Positions 1 to 10,800 of a DNA stretch of 64,000 nt are shown one piece after another. This DNA comes from Candidatus Eiseniibacteriota bacterium (GTDB lineage: Bacteria > Eisenbacteria > RBG-16-71-46 > CAZAMP01), in the NCBI GenBank assembly GCA_965224245.1, contig OZ245046.1:2336001-2400000 (forward strand), written 5' to 3'. The number at the start of each line of letters is the position of its first letter. Position 1 is the first letter of the stretch. A program made the position numbers and the translations under genes. Under the pieces are notes generated by a model. That model was not told the DNA's origin, made no database searches, and worked only from the letters and a program-made list of their open reading frames with translations.

Positions 1-313
1 GGACGTCGTGGCCGGCGTGGCCTTCTCCGGGGGACGGGCCCTCGCCCGGGAGCTCGAGGACGGATCGGCGCTGGCCACGCGCATCCGGGTGCCCGTCTTC
101 TTCTCGCTGCCCGTGTGGGAGTACGACCTCGCCTGGAAGGCGCGCTTCGACTCGGTGGCCAGCGAGGACAAGTGGCTCTACGTCCCGACCGAGGGTGGGG
201 CGCACGGCTCGTCCATGCTCCGTCCCGATCGCAATCCGATCGGACACGAGGCGGCGTGGGCGGAGCTGACGGCGTTCATCGACGCGTTCGTCCCCGCGCG
301 GCAGGGCTCGTAG
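1..313 (+). CDS. alpha/beta-hydrolase-like protein, C-terminal part (truncated by window start)
   Basis: Frame is open from the window edge. 'RIRVPVFF...GAHGSSML...AWAELTAFI' resembles the C-terminus of an alpha/beta hydrolase including the catalytic His. Confidence 0.55.
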   Translation, partial: DVVAGVAFSGGRALARELEDGSALATRIRVPVFFSLPVWEYDLAWKARFDSVASEDKWLYVPTEGGAHGSSMLRPDRNPIGHEAAWAELTAFIDAFVPARQGS

Positions 314-350
314 AACGCCGTCCTCGCGCGGCGACTCACCGGCCGCGCGA

Positions 351-1051
351 CTACCGGTACACGGTCCGCAGCCGTGACCAGCCCAGCCTCCGGACCGGGG
401 TCTCGTCGACGCACTCGGGATCCACCCGGAGGATCATCGTCGTTCCGCATGCCGGGCAGTCGATGATCTCCGGGAGTCGAACCCAGTCGGGATGGCCGAG
501 GCCTCGCTCCGGAACACCGCGGGCTGGCTCGCGTCGGGAACGGCGCCGATGCCCCACTGGAATCCGCGGAGGTCGGGGGTCACCGACACCCAGTACGGTC
601 TCTCGGCGTGGAAGGTCAGCGGCTCGGGAAGCCGGAGCCCCGCGCACTGCCCGAATGCGGCACTGTCCCCGTCCGGGACGCGCCAGCGCCAGATCTCGGT
701 GCCCGGCACACCGTCCGCGTCGGCGTAGAAACGGACCGTCCACCAGTAGATCGGGTGGCCGAACGCGGTCCCGATCTCCCAGGCGACCCAGCCGAGCTCC
801 AGGATCGGGCAGGTGCCCGGCACGAACCGCGTGGCCGCCTCGGCGGAGACCGGATCCCCGTCGTGAGAGGCCACGGCCAGGAGCTCGTCCGGCCAGCCGG
901 GAGCGGGGCAATCGTCGTACTCGCCCCCGTACCAGCCCGGATTGTCGGGCCGCATCTCGAACGGGCCATCGACGATGACCTGGCTCCGGGACGACGTGGC
1001 CCCGGCGGCGATCAGCACGAGAAGCGTCACCATGCAGCACGAGAGCTTCAT
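351..1051 (-). pseudogene. secreted protein with C-terminal TPV..W..LR.VYR motif, split by a 1-nt frameshift near 500 (pseudogene or sequencing error)
   Basis: GGAGGA RBS, ATG at 1051, signal peptide MKLSCCMVTLLVLIAAGA. One added base at GG 500-501 joins ...AVFRSEA to LGHPDWVRL...TPVRRLGWSRLRTVYR*, which parallels 53427..54110. Confidence 0.7.
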
Positions 1052-1081
1052 CGATCCTCCGATCGGCAGCACGGAAGCACG

Positions 1082-4000
1082 CTAGCGCAGAATCACGAGC
1101 TTCGCCGCTCCCCGGAAGCCGCGCGCCGTGACGAGTCGTGCCCAGTAGATCCCCGACCCGACGGCCGCACCGCCGTCGTCGCGACCGTCCCAGACGATCA
1201 CGTGACGGGCGGCCGTCCGTGCCTCGTCGGCGAGCGTTCGCACGTGGCGACCCGTGACGTCGAACACCTCCAGCCGGACGTGCGTGTCGTGGGCGAGATC
1301 GAAGCGGATCGTCGTCCGCGGGTTGAAGGGGTTCGGTGAGGAACCGTGGAGCACGGTGCGCCTCGGGGCCGATGCCGCGGCCTCGTCCGCCGCCACCACG
1401 ATGTCCTCGGGGTTCCAGAGCGCATCGCTCCCCGCCGGGACGTTCATCCACGTGAAGACGTCCTCGACGCGGCGCGTGATCGCGGCGCGATCGGAGCCGC
1501 AGTCAGTGCCAGTCCACCCGTCCGGCGTGGACCGGAGGTGATGGAGCGAGAACGCGTCCAGGAGCACCGTGTAGTTCACCGGATACCCCGGTGCAAGGCG
1601 CTCGTTCGAGACCGAAGCCACGAGGGTGGCCTGGTCGTCGTCCTGATCCACGTACAGGAGGTTCTCCGCACCGTCCCCGGCCGGCTCGATGACGTCGAGA
1701 CGGATCAGACTCGAGCATCCGTTGCCCCGGACCGACGCGTAGGAATCCGCCGACATCGGGAAGTGGGCGCCCGCGCCCCGGTCCAGGCGAACACACAGGC
1801 TGTGGTCACCGGTCGCGCTGTAGTAGTACCGCGTGGTGGCGAGGTCGGCCATCGCGTAGTCGGCGAGAAGCGCGTTCGCCGCGGGTCGATCGGCGTCCGC
1901 GAGGGTCCGGGGCAGCCGGTCACCCGACAGCCAGAGACCGCGTGTGACGGACCAGCGATCGAAGGCGTCCGTGTCCAGCCACTCACGCAGCAGCTCGGCA
2001 TCGTCGTCCCGGAGCGCCTCGGCCAGCGTGCCCGTGTTGTAGATGAGCGTCCGGTACATCATCGACTGGTAGCGCGTCATCCCGTTCTCGCCGCCGGATT
2101 GCCGGGCGAGGGGGACGCCCGACTCTGCGGTCGCGCGCTGGTAGTCGTAGCGATCCCACCGGTCGTGTGCGCCACCACCGTCGTCGATGGCGGTCCCGAG
2201 ATGGGGCCGGAGGCCGTCGTCCTCGATGACCCGCTGCGCGCCCGTATCGAAGGCATCGACGTACAGGACCATCGGCGCCAGCACCTCTCCCCCGAACGTG
2301 CCGTAGCCGGGGAGCGCCTCCATCTCGAGGAAGAAGCCGCCGGTGGTGTCGGGCGCGAACGACTCCTCGATCGCCCCGGGACGGCGGCCGGTGAAGAAGT
2401 ACTCGACCGTGGTGCCCGGTGTGAAGAGCCCGTCCGGAAGCACCTTCGACGTCGCACGGCTCTCCTCCCCGTCCGGCCAGTAGTACGTCGCGTAGCGATC
2501 GGGCTCGACGCCGATCGCGGTCTCTGCCGTGTCGAGCCGGGCCTTGGCCCAGCCCGGGAAGAGCGGATCGGACCCGGGCTGGTTCCGGGGATCGGTGAAG
2601 AACGGATGCCCGAGGTCAAGCGCGGGGCCCGGTCGCACGCGGAAGTTCAGGTACGCCTCGATCCCCTCGGGGCCGATGACGACCGCGGAGTCTCCGAGGA
2701 GGGCAACGGGGTAGAAGGGGTTTCGAGTGGTGATGGGCACGTTCACGTCGATCGGGGACGAGGGGTGGAGGGAGCTCACACGCGGGTACGCGTCCTGGAA
2801 CGCGAGCTCGACCGACAGCGGCGGGTCGGGCGAGTCGAAGAAGCCGAGTCGCACATCGTCCCAGTAGGGTGACTGGTTCGTCTGCTCGGGTCCCGTGCAG
2901 TAGGCGGTGCCAAAGTCGTCGCACTCCCCGAGGAGCACAAAGACGGCCCGGATCGAGTCGACCTCGGCCGGAACGAACTCGCTGTTGTCCACTTGGAGCG
3001 TCGTGCAGCGCGCCCCGCCGAGTCCCGAGAAGACGTACCCTCCCTCACCCGCCGGCTGGAGCGTCCAGCCCACGACCCCGGTCATGGGGCAGGTCCACGG
3101 GTAGTAGTCCATCGTGACGCGGTACCCGACGCCGTTCGACGTGGGCGTGTCCTCCCAGACGCCCCACCGGAAGAGCTTCCGCAGTCCGTGGACGCCACTG
3201 CCCGAGCCGACGTAGGCCACGTTGGAGCCGATCTCTTCTCGTTGCCCGTCCGGATGCGGCCAGTTCGACCCATCTGTGACCGCGGCGAGCATGACGTGTC
3301 CGTCCACCGGACACACACACGTCTCCTCGAAGGATTCGAGATCCTCGAGCGGGGCGACGAGTAGATACGAGCCGATCGGGTCGTCGGCCTCGGCCACCCA
3401 GCCGTCGGTGGGGGTTCCGTCGGGCTCGAAGGTGGCCAGATCCTCGAAGCCGGTGCCGCTGACGTGCACGTCGTCCACCCCGAAGGGTCCGAACCGGGAG
3501 TTGAGATAGCCGCTGAACGAATCGAGCCCGTCGGAGTAGAGCGGATCGGACGCGAAGCAGAAGACAACGTCGAACGCTCCCCCCACGTCCGGGAGATCGC
3601 CCGCCTGGATCTCGATCACGTCGTGCGCGGGCGCGTCCGGGGTTCCGATCGCCGTGCCCTCCTCGTGGGCCCCCGAGTAGCCCCACCCCTCCGGCGTGGC
3701 CCATGCGGACGAGTTGAGAGGGTTCGACCAGACGCCGTCGACCCGGGTGTAGACGTACGTGTAGTCGAACTGGGTCTCGCTGTCGGCGAAGTAGTCGAAG
3801 TCGAGGGCGACCGTGCCGCCGCCGTACGTGAACGTCTTCGACAGATACTGATCCCAGTTGTTCGTGTAGCCCGCGCCGCCGGGCCAGCAGAGCGCACGCG
3901 CCTCGTCCTCGTGCGCGCCCACCCACATCGATCCCGTCGACCCGCCCTCGGTGATCACCGGGCACGGCGTCGTGATGTGAGCCGCACAGGAGTCCGCGGT

Positions 4001-4381
4001 GACGTGACGGAACCAGATCCCCTCGTCGGTGAGATCGATGGACGACCATCCCTGCAGCGTGCCGTCCTCGAAGTCCCAAACCCCGCCCTCCACGGCGAGG
4101 CCGGTGACGGGGTCCTGCCCGCCGTACCAGGTGGTCTCCACGAGCGCCGCGCTCGCGCGGGCGTGTGCGAGGGCCGCCTTCGGGGGATCGAAGCGCTCGT
4201 CGGCCGTACCAGGCGACGAGACGTCGAGACGCTCGCGGACCGGGGACGTCGCGACGGCGCCGCTCGCGATCACGAGAGACCCGAGGAGGATGGCGATCGA
4301 TCGACGCCCGACCGAGTGACATCCGATCAGATCACGGCAGGCGACGAGCAACCCCGTGGCGCTTTGACGTTTCGGGCGCAC
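1082..4381 (-). CDS. large secreted protein with C-terminal FlgD-Ig/T9SS-like domain (paralog A)
   Basis: GGAGG RBS and GTG at 4381, signal peptide, acidic Cys-containing body, tail 'PNPFNPRTTIRF...VFDVTGRHVRTL...WDGRDDGG..VGSGIYWARL'. Confidence 0.85.
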   Translation of the reverse strand: MRPKRQSATGLLVACRDLIGCHSVGRRSIAILLGSLVIASGAVATSPVRERLDVSSPGTADERFDPPKAALAHARASAALVETTWYGGQDPVTGLAVEGGVWDFEDGTLQGWSSIDLTDEGIWFRHVTADSCAAHITTPCPVITEGGSTGSMWVGAHEDEARALCWPGGAGYTNNWDQYLSKTFTYGGGTVALDFDYFADSETQFDYTYVYTRVDGVWSNPLNSSAWATPEGWGYSGAHEEGTAIGTPDAPAHDVIEIQAGDLPDVGGAFDVVFCFASDPLYSDGLDSFSGYLNSRFGPFGVDDVHVSGTGFEDLATFEPDGTPTDGWVAEADDPIGSYLLVAPLEDLESFEETCVCPVDGHVMLAAVTDGSNWPHPDGQREEIGSNVAYVGSGSGVHGLRKLFRWGVWEDTPTSNGVGYRVTMDYYPWTCPMTGVVGWTLQPAGEGGYVFSGLGGARCTTLQVDNSEFVPAEVDSIRAVFVLLGECDDFGTAYCTGPEQTNQSPYWDDVRLGFFDSPDPPLSVELAFQDAYPRVSSLHPSSPIDVNVPITTRNPFYPVALLGDSAVVIGPEGIEAYLNFRVRPGPALDLGHPFFTDPRNQPGSDPLFPGWAKARLDTAETAIGVEPDRYATYYWPDGEESRATSKVLPDGLFTPGTTVEYFFTGRRPGAIEESFAPDTTGGFFLEMEALPGYGTFGGEVLAPMVLYVDAFDTGAQRVIEDDGLRPHLGTAIDDGGGAHDRWDRYDYQRATAESGVPLARQSGGENGMTRYQSMMYRTLIYNTGTLAEALRDDDAELLREWLDTDAFDRWSVTRGLWLSGDRLPRTLADADRPAANALLADYAMADLATTRYYYSATGDHSLCVRLDRGAGAHFPMSADSYASVRGNGCSSLIRLDVIEPAGDGAENLLYVDQDDDQATLVASVSNERLAPGYPVNYTVLLDAFSLHHLRSTPDGWTGTDCGSDRAAITRRVEDVFTWMNVPAGSDALWNPEDIVVAADEAAASAPRRTVLHGSSPNPFNPRTTIRFDLAHDTHVRLEVFDVTGRHVRTLADEARTAARHVIVWDGRDDGGAAVGSGIYWARLVTARGFRGAAKLVILR

Positions 4382-4478
4382 GAAGTACCTCCACGGGTTC
4401 GGAGGGCGCTTGCAGTCTCGCAAACGCGCCCTGGTTGCATCCCGAGCTCGCGGCGTGATCGCGTCGCCGACGGACACG

Positions 4479-7400
4479 CTAGCGGAGCATCACGAGCTTC
4501 GTCGCTCCCCGGAAGCCGCGCGCCGTGACGAGTCGTGCCCAGTAGATCCCCGACCCGACGGCCGCACCGCCGTCGTCGCGACCGTCCCAGACGACGACGT
4601 GACGGTCGGCGGCCCGCATCTCGTCGATTAACGTGCGCACGTGGCGACCCGTGACGTCGAACACCTCCAGCCGGATGTGCGTGTCGTGGGCGAGATCGAA
4701 GCGGATCGTGGTCTGTGGGTTGAACGGGTTCGGTGACGACCCCTGGAGCACGGTGCGGCGTGGAGTCGATGCGGGCGCCTCGTTCGCCGCGACGACGATG
4801 TCCTCCGGGTTCCACAGCGCGCCGCTCCCCGTCGGGACGTTCATCCACGTGAAGACGTCCTCGACCCGTCGCGTAACCGCGGCACGATCCTCGCCGCAGA
4901 CGGTGCCCGTCCACCCGTCCGGCGTGGACCGGAGGTGATGGAGCGAGAACGCGTCCAGGAGCACCGTGTAGTTCACCGGATACCCGGGTGCAAGGCGCTC
5001 GTTCGAGACCGAGGCCACGAGGGTGGCCAGGTCGTCGTCCTGGTCGACGTACAGGAGGTTCTCCGCACCGTCGCCGATCGCCCGGAGCACGTCGAGGTCG
5101 ATCCGTCGCCGGCATCCATTGCCCCAGACCGACGCGTACGAGTCCGCCGTCATCGGGAAGTGCGCGCCCGGGCCCCGGTCCAGGCGGACGCACAGGCTGC
5201 GGTCACCGTTCGCGAAGTAGAACCCGGAGGCCAGCTCGGCCATCGCGTAGTCGGCCAGAAGCGCGTTGGCCGCGGGCCGGTCGCCGGCCGCGAGATGGGC
5301 CGCCATGTCGTCGCCCGAGAGCCAGAGCCCCCGCGCGACGGACCACCGATCGAACGCGTCGGTATCCAGCCAGTGCGTCAGGAGCGCGGCGTCCTCGTCC
5401 TGGATCACCCCGGCGCGGCCCGAGTTGTAGAGCACCGTGCGGTACATCAGCGACTGGTATCGCGTCATCCCGTTCTCGCCCCCGACCTGGCGCGCGAGGG
5501 CGACGTCGGCGCCGGGGTCGGGGCGCTGGTAGTCGTAGCGGTCCCACCGGTCGTGTGCGAGCCCCTCGTCGTCGATGGAGGTCCCGAGATGGGGCCGTAG
5601 ACCGTCGCCCTCGATGACCCGCTGCGCGCCGGTATCGAAGGCGTCGACGTACAGGACCATCGGCGCCAGCACCTCGCCCCCGAACGTGCCGTAGCCGGGG
5701 AGCGCCTCCATCTCGAGGAAGAAGCCGCCGGTGGTGTCGGGCGCGAAGGACTCCTCGATCGCCCCGGGGGCGCGGCCGGTGAAGAAGTACTCGACCGTGG
5801 TGCCGGGCGTGAAGAGCCCGTCGGGGATCACCTTCGACGTCGCGCGGCTTTCCTGTCCGTCGGGCCAGTAGTACGTCGCGAAGCGATCCGGGTCGACGCC
5901 GGTCGCGGTCTCGGCGGTGTCGAGCCGCGCCTTGGCCCACCCGGGGAAGAGCGGGTCGGAGCCGGGCTCGTTCCGGGGGTCGGTGAAGAACGGATGCCCG
6001 AGGTCCAGCGCGGGGCCGGGACGCACGCGGAAGTTCAGGTACGCCTCGATCCCCTCCTCGCCGATCACGACGGCGGAGTCGCCGAGGAGCGCCATCGGCT
6101 CGAGGGGGTCTCGGAGGTTGATGGGCACGTTCACGTCGATCGGGGACGCCGGGTGCAGCGAGTTCACCCGCGGGTAGGCGTCCTGAAACGCGAGCGCGAT
6201 CGACAGGGGCGACTCGGGCAGATCGAAGAAGCCGAGTCGCACGTTGTCCCAGTACGGCGAGTGATTGGTCTGCTCAGGTCCCGTGCAGTAGGCGGTACCA
6301 AAGTCGTCACACTCACTGAGGAGCACGAAGACGGCCCGGATGGAATCGACCTCCGCCGGAACGAACTCGCTGTTGTCCACTTGCAGCGTCGTGCAGTGCG
6401 CCCCGCCGAGCCCCGAGAAGATGTAGCTTCCCTCCCCCGCCGGCTGGAGCGTCCAGCCCACGACCCCGGTCGTCGGGCAGGTCCAAGGGTAGTAGTCCAT
6501 CGTGACGCGGTACCCCACGCCGTTCGACGTGGGCGTATCCTCCCAGACGTCCCACCGGAAGAGCTTCCGCAGTCCGTGTACGCCGCTGCCCGGCCCGACG
6601 TACACCGGGTTGGAGCCGATCTCCTCGCGCTGCTCGTCGGGATGCGGCCAGTTCGACCCATCGGTGACCGCGGCGAGCATGACGTGACCCTCCACCGGAC
6701 ACGCACACGTCTCCTCGATCGGCTGGAGATCCTCGAGGGGAGAGACGAAGAGATACGCGCCGATCGGGTCGGCGGCCTCGGCCACCCAGCCGTCGGTGGG
6801 GGTTTCGTCGGGCTCGAAGGTGGCGAGATCGTCGAGACCGGTGCCGGCGACGTGCACATCGTCCACGCCGAAGGGTCCGTAGCGGGAGTTCAGATAGCCC
6901 GAGAAGCTGTCCAGGCCGTCGGAGACGAGCGGATCGGACGCGAAGCAAAAAACGACGTCGAACTCTCCGCCCACGTCCGGCAGATCGCCCACCTGGATCT
7001 CGATCTCGTCGTGCGCGGGCGCGTCCGGGGATCCGATCGCCGTGCCCTCCTGGTGGTTGCCGGAGTAGCCCCACCCCTCCGGCGATTCCCACGCGGACGA
7101 GTTCAGCGGCAACGACCAGACGCCGTCGACCCGGGTGTAGACGTACGTGTAGTCGAACTGCGTCTCGCTGTCGGTGAAGTAGTCGAAGTCGAGGGTGACC
7201 GTGCCGCCTCCGTACGTGAACGTCTTCGTCAAGTACTGATCCCAGTTGTTCGTATAGCCCGCGCCACCGGGCCAGCACAGCGCACGGGCCTCGTCCTCGT
7301 GAGCACCCACCCACATCGATCCCGTCGAGCCGCCCTCGGTGATCACGGGGCACGGCGTCGTGAGGTGAGCCGCGCAGGAGTCGGCGGTGACGTGACGGAA

Positions 7401-7835
7401 CCAGATGCCCTCGTCGGTGAGATCGATGGACGACCATCCCTGCAGCGTGCCCTCCTCGAAGTCCCAGACCCCGCCCTCGACGGCGAGGCCGGTGACGACG
7501 TCGACTCCGCCGTACCACGTGGTGTCCAGGAGCGCCGCGCTCGCGCGAGCGTGCGCGAGAGCCGCCTCCGGGGGATCGAAGCGCTCGTCGACGGTGCCGC
7601 GCGGAGCAACGTCCAGACGCTCGCGGACCGGAGACTTCGCGACGGCGCCGCTCGCCATCAAGACGGACGCGAGGACGATTCCGATGCAGTGCGCTCCGGG
7701 TGGGCGGCGTCCGATCGAGCGGCGTCCGATCGAGCGGCGCCCCGTCGAGCGGCGCCCGGCCGAGCGGCGTCCATTCGGGCCACGTCCCACCGGGTGTGAC
7801 CGCGTCGAGAGACGTCGCCGCGCACGAGGACTCAT
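4479..7835 (-). CDS. large secreted protein with C-terminal FlgD-Ig/T9SS-like domain (paralog B)
   Basis: ATG at 7835 after GGGGGAG. Colinear and highly similar to 1082..4381. The ORF-track extension to 9098 overlaps the real upstream gene. Confidence 0.85.
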   Translation of the reverse strand: MSPRARRRLSTRSHPVGRGPNGRRSAGRRSTGRRSIGRRSIGRRPPGAHCIGIVLASVLMASGAVAKSPVRERLDVAPRGTVDERFDPPEAALAHARASAALLDTTWYGGVDVVTGLAVEGGVWDFEEGTLQGWSSIDLTDEGIWFRHVTADSCAAHLTTPCPVITEGGSTGSMWVGAHEDEARALCWPGGAGYTNNWDQYLTKTFTYGGGTVTLDFDYFTDSETQFDYTYVYTRVDGVWSLPLNSSAWESPEGWGYSGNHQEGTAIGSPDAPAHDEIEIQVGDLPDVGGEFDVVFCFASDPLVSDGLDSFSGYLNSRYGPFGVDDVHVAGTGLDDLATFEPDETPTDGWVAEAADPIGAYLFVSPLEDLQPIEETCACPVEGHVMLAAVTDGSNWPHPDEQREEIGSNPVYVGPGSGVHGLRKLFRWDVWEDTPTSNGVGYRVTMDYYPWTCPTTGVVGWTLQPAGEGSYIFSGLGGAHCTTLQVDNSEFVPAEVDSIRAVFVLLSECDDFGTAYCTGPEQTNHSPYWDNVRLGFFDLPESPLSIALAFQDAYPRVNSLHPASPIDVNVPINLRDPLEPMALLGDSAVVIGEEGIEAYLNFRVRPGPALDLGHPFFTDPRNEPGSDPLFPGWAKARLDTAETATGVDPDRFATYYWPDGQESRATSKVIPDGLFTPGTTVEYFFTGRAPGAIEESFAPDTTGGFFLEMEALPGYGTFGGEVLAPMVLYVDAFDTGAQRVIEGDGLRPHLGTSIDDEGLAHDRWDRYDYQRPDPGADVALARQVGGENGMTRYQSLMYRTVLYNSGRAGVIQDEDAALLTHWLDTDAFDRWSVARGLWLSGDDMAAHLAAGDRPAANALLADYAMAELASGFYFANGDRSLCVRLDRGPGAHFPMTADSYASVWGNGCRRRIDLDVLRAIGDGAENLLYVDQDDDLATLVASVSNERLAPGYPVNYTVLLDAFSLHHLRSTPDGWTGTVCGEDRAAVTRRVEDVFTWMNVPTGSGALWNPEDIVVAANEAPASTPRRTVLQGSSPNPFNPQTTIRFDLAHDTHIRLEVFDVTGRHVRTLIDEMRAADRHVVVWDGRDDGGAAVGSGIYWARLVTARGFRGATKLVMLR
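7702..7776. repeat. 5 x 15-bp in-frame tandem repeat (GRRS/P-x) in the signal-peptide n-region
   Basis: Units such as gagcggcgtccgatc at 7702, 7717, 7732, 7747 and 7762. Confidence 0.85.
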
Positions 7836-7855
7836 GTCCGTCTCCCCCGTCCCTC

Positions 7856-10800
7856 TCAACGGACCCTCACGACTCGAAGCGGGCCCACGTCCGGACGATC
7901 GTCCAGCTTCAGGAAGTACACGCCGGCCGCCACGGGCAGATCGCGCGCACCGGGCCAGAGCGTCGGCCGGGTCGTGGAGACCGGCACCCGGGCCACGCGT
8001 CGCCCCGCGACGTCGTACACGTCGACCCACGCCGTCGACCGCACACGCGCGGACCCTCCGACCAGCGACAGCCGGAGCGCGGCCCGGAACGGATTCGGTC
8101 CCACCGTCAGCCGAAGGCGCTCGGCGCCGGGCTCGTCGTCGACGCCGATCGTCGTGCAGCCCTCCCCGAGGGCGCCCACGCGTTCGCCGCACGGGCTCGC
8201 CGCGGGAAGGCACGGAGAGGTGTCGGCCAGTCTGAGATCGCCGCCGGCCACGTCGCACAGGAGCGGGTCCAGCGAGAAGTTGTCGTCGATGCCGTCGAGC
8301 CCCGCCATGCATCCGGTCCAGTCGCCGCCGGAGTTTCCGTAGATGTCGGTGCAGGTGGCGCTCGGCGTCTGCGTACTCGTGCAGCGGACCGCCTCGTCCC
8401 CGGAGTTCCAGGCCACGAGCGTGCGCTCGAGATGCACCGTGCCCCCGCCCCCCTCGACGTACACGGCGGCGCCCTGGTCGGCCTCGTTCGAGACGAGCGT
8501 GCAGCCGATCAGGACCGGCGCGCACTGGCGTGCCCGGAGCGCGCCGCCGATCGGTGACGTGTTGCCGTAAGCCACGCAGTCGATGAACGTGGGCGTGCAG
8601 TCGTCGTCGGCCGACATGGCACCGCCGGCAGTGTTCGCGTGGTTGTTCCGGAAGACGCAGCCCTCGATGGTGGGGGACGCCCTGGACGACGCGGCCACGG
8701 CGGCGCCGAAGTGGGTCACCCAGGCGCCCTGGATCGTGAGATTCTGGACGCGAGTGAGGACGCCCTCGCCCTGACGAAACCAGATGCCGCGGTGGGCCTC
8801 GCCGGGCGTTCCGCCCACGTCCAGGATGCACGCGGCCGGGTCGCCGCTCAGCGAGCGAAGGGTGACCGTCTTCGCCCGGAAGTCGAGATCGCGGTTGCCG
8901 TCGCCGGTGTAGACGCCGTCGGCGAGCGCGATCGCGTGCCCCGACGGCACCGCGTCGATCGCGGCCTGGATCGTGGAGAACTCCCCCGTCCCGTCGTCCT
9001 CGAGGACGTGCACCACCGGACCATCGGGGTCGCAGCCCTCCCCGAGCGCGCCGATCACGCCGCAGTCGGCGCCGTCGGGGTGCTGACCGGGCAGGCACGG
9101 CGACCCGGCCAGGAGACCCACGTCGACGAGACCCGGCTCACAGAACAGCGGATCGGCGGAGAAGTTGCCGTCCACGCCGATCTGGTCCCAGATGGACCCC
9201 GTCCAGTCCCCGTCGGTGTTGCCGAAGACGTCGCTGCAGGACAGTGAGGCTCCGGTGCCGCCGACCGCGTCCCCTGCGCCGTTGAAGGCGACGATCGAAG
9301 CCGAGATCGTCGCCGTGGCGTCGGTGTCGGTCCCGATGGCGCTGCCGGAGTCTCCGGCGCGATTGTCGACGAAGGTGCACCGGTCGACGACCACCGCCGA
9401 GCCGGCGCTCGCGCCGAGACCGCCGCCGACGCCGCCGTCGGCGAGGTTCGCGAAGAACACCGAGCCGACGACCGTGGGCGCGCTATCCCACGAGTGAAGG
9501 GCACCGCCGTCGTCCCCGGCTCGGTTGTCGATGAACCGGCAGGACTCCACGACCGGCGCCGCGCCGCCGGTGCAGTAGAGCGCGCCTCCGTCGGCCGTGC
9601 CGCCGGCCTCGTTGCCGACGAAGTCCACGTTGCGGAGCGTGGGCGACGCGGAGATGCAGCGCACGGCGCCGCCGCATCCCGTGGGACAGCCCCCGCTGAC
9701 GCGGCCGCCGGTCAGCGTGACCCCCTCGAGGACCGAGCCCGACCCCTCGCCGAGATCGAACGACACGAGCCGGGATCCGCCCTCGCCGTCGAGGATGCAG
9801 GTTCCGGGATCGCCCGAGATCGAACGTACGACGATCGCCTTCCCGAGGTACGACAGGTCGACGTTGCCGGGGCCGGCGAACCGGCCGTCGCCGAGCGCCA
9901 CCGTGTCCGAGGTGGCGGCGGCGAGAATCGCGTCCTGGATCGTCGGCAGGTCGCCGCTCCCGTCGGGGTGCACGACGTACGTGACCGCACCCGTGTACAC
10001 GCAGCCCTCGTCCCGCGCGCCGATCCGGTCGCAGGCGGCGCCGTCGGGATGCTGTCCGGGCAGACACGGCGAGTCGCTCCGGAGCGTGAGGTCTCGCGCC
10101 AGGAGATCGCAGAAGATCGGATCCGCCGAGATGTTCCCGTCCACGCCGAGCTGGCCGGCGATGGCGCCGGTCCAGCTGCCACCCACGTTGACCGCGAGAT
10201 CCGAGCAGGTGAGAGATGCGGCGCCGGTGATGGCGCCGCCGCCCGCGGTGTAGGCGATGATGGATCGGTCGACGGTCAGCGTGGACGCGGACACGTCGAT
10301 CGCACCGCCATCGGTGGCCAGGTTGCCCACGAACGTGGAGGTCGCGATGGCCACGTCGGCGCCGGTCGAGAGCCGGAGCGCGCCGCCCCGCCCGCTCGGT
10401 GACCCGTTGTCCACGAATACCGACCCGACGATGGTCCCCGTCGAGCTGTTCCAGCCCATGGCGCCGCCGAACACGTCGGACACGTTGCCCTCGAGCGTGC
10501 ACCCGTCGAGGGTCACGCTGGAGAGGTGGATCCACATCGCGCCCCCGCTCCCCGCGGTGCAGTCGACGACGTGCGTGTCCTCGAACCGCGTGGTCGCGTT
10601 CCGGCAGTAGACCGCGCCGCCGGCCAGCACCGCCTCGTGGCTCTCCAGCACGCAGTCACGGATCGTGGGGCCGGCGCCGTTGCAGAACATGGCGCCGCCG
10701 CGACCGTCGTCGCCGCTGCCGCCCGCGTATCCGTTCCGGATCGTGATCGACTCGACGACGGTGCCGGCACCTTCACCGGTGACGAAGGACATCGCGCGAT

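Noticed and set aside
1082-7835. Diversity-generating retroelement (TR/VR pair)
   Set aside because: Both copies are full-length genes, differences are not adenine-restricted, and no reverse transcriptase is present.
7836-9098. N-terminal extension of ORF 4479..9098, and similar extensions of 16039..18906, 17454..20090, 32679..35027, 49735..51744, 56616..57731, 57863..60817 and 61315..63051
   Set aside because: Arg/Pro-rich off-frame or antisense translations overlapping real genes; better RBS-linked starts lie downstream. These are not true fusions.
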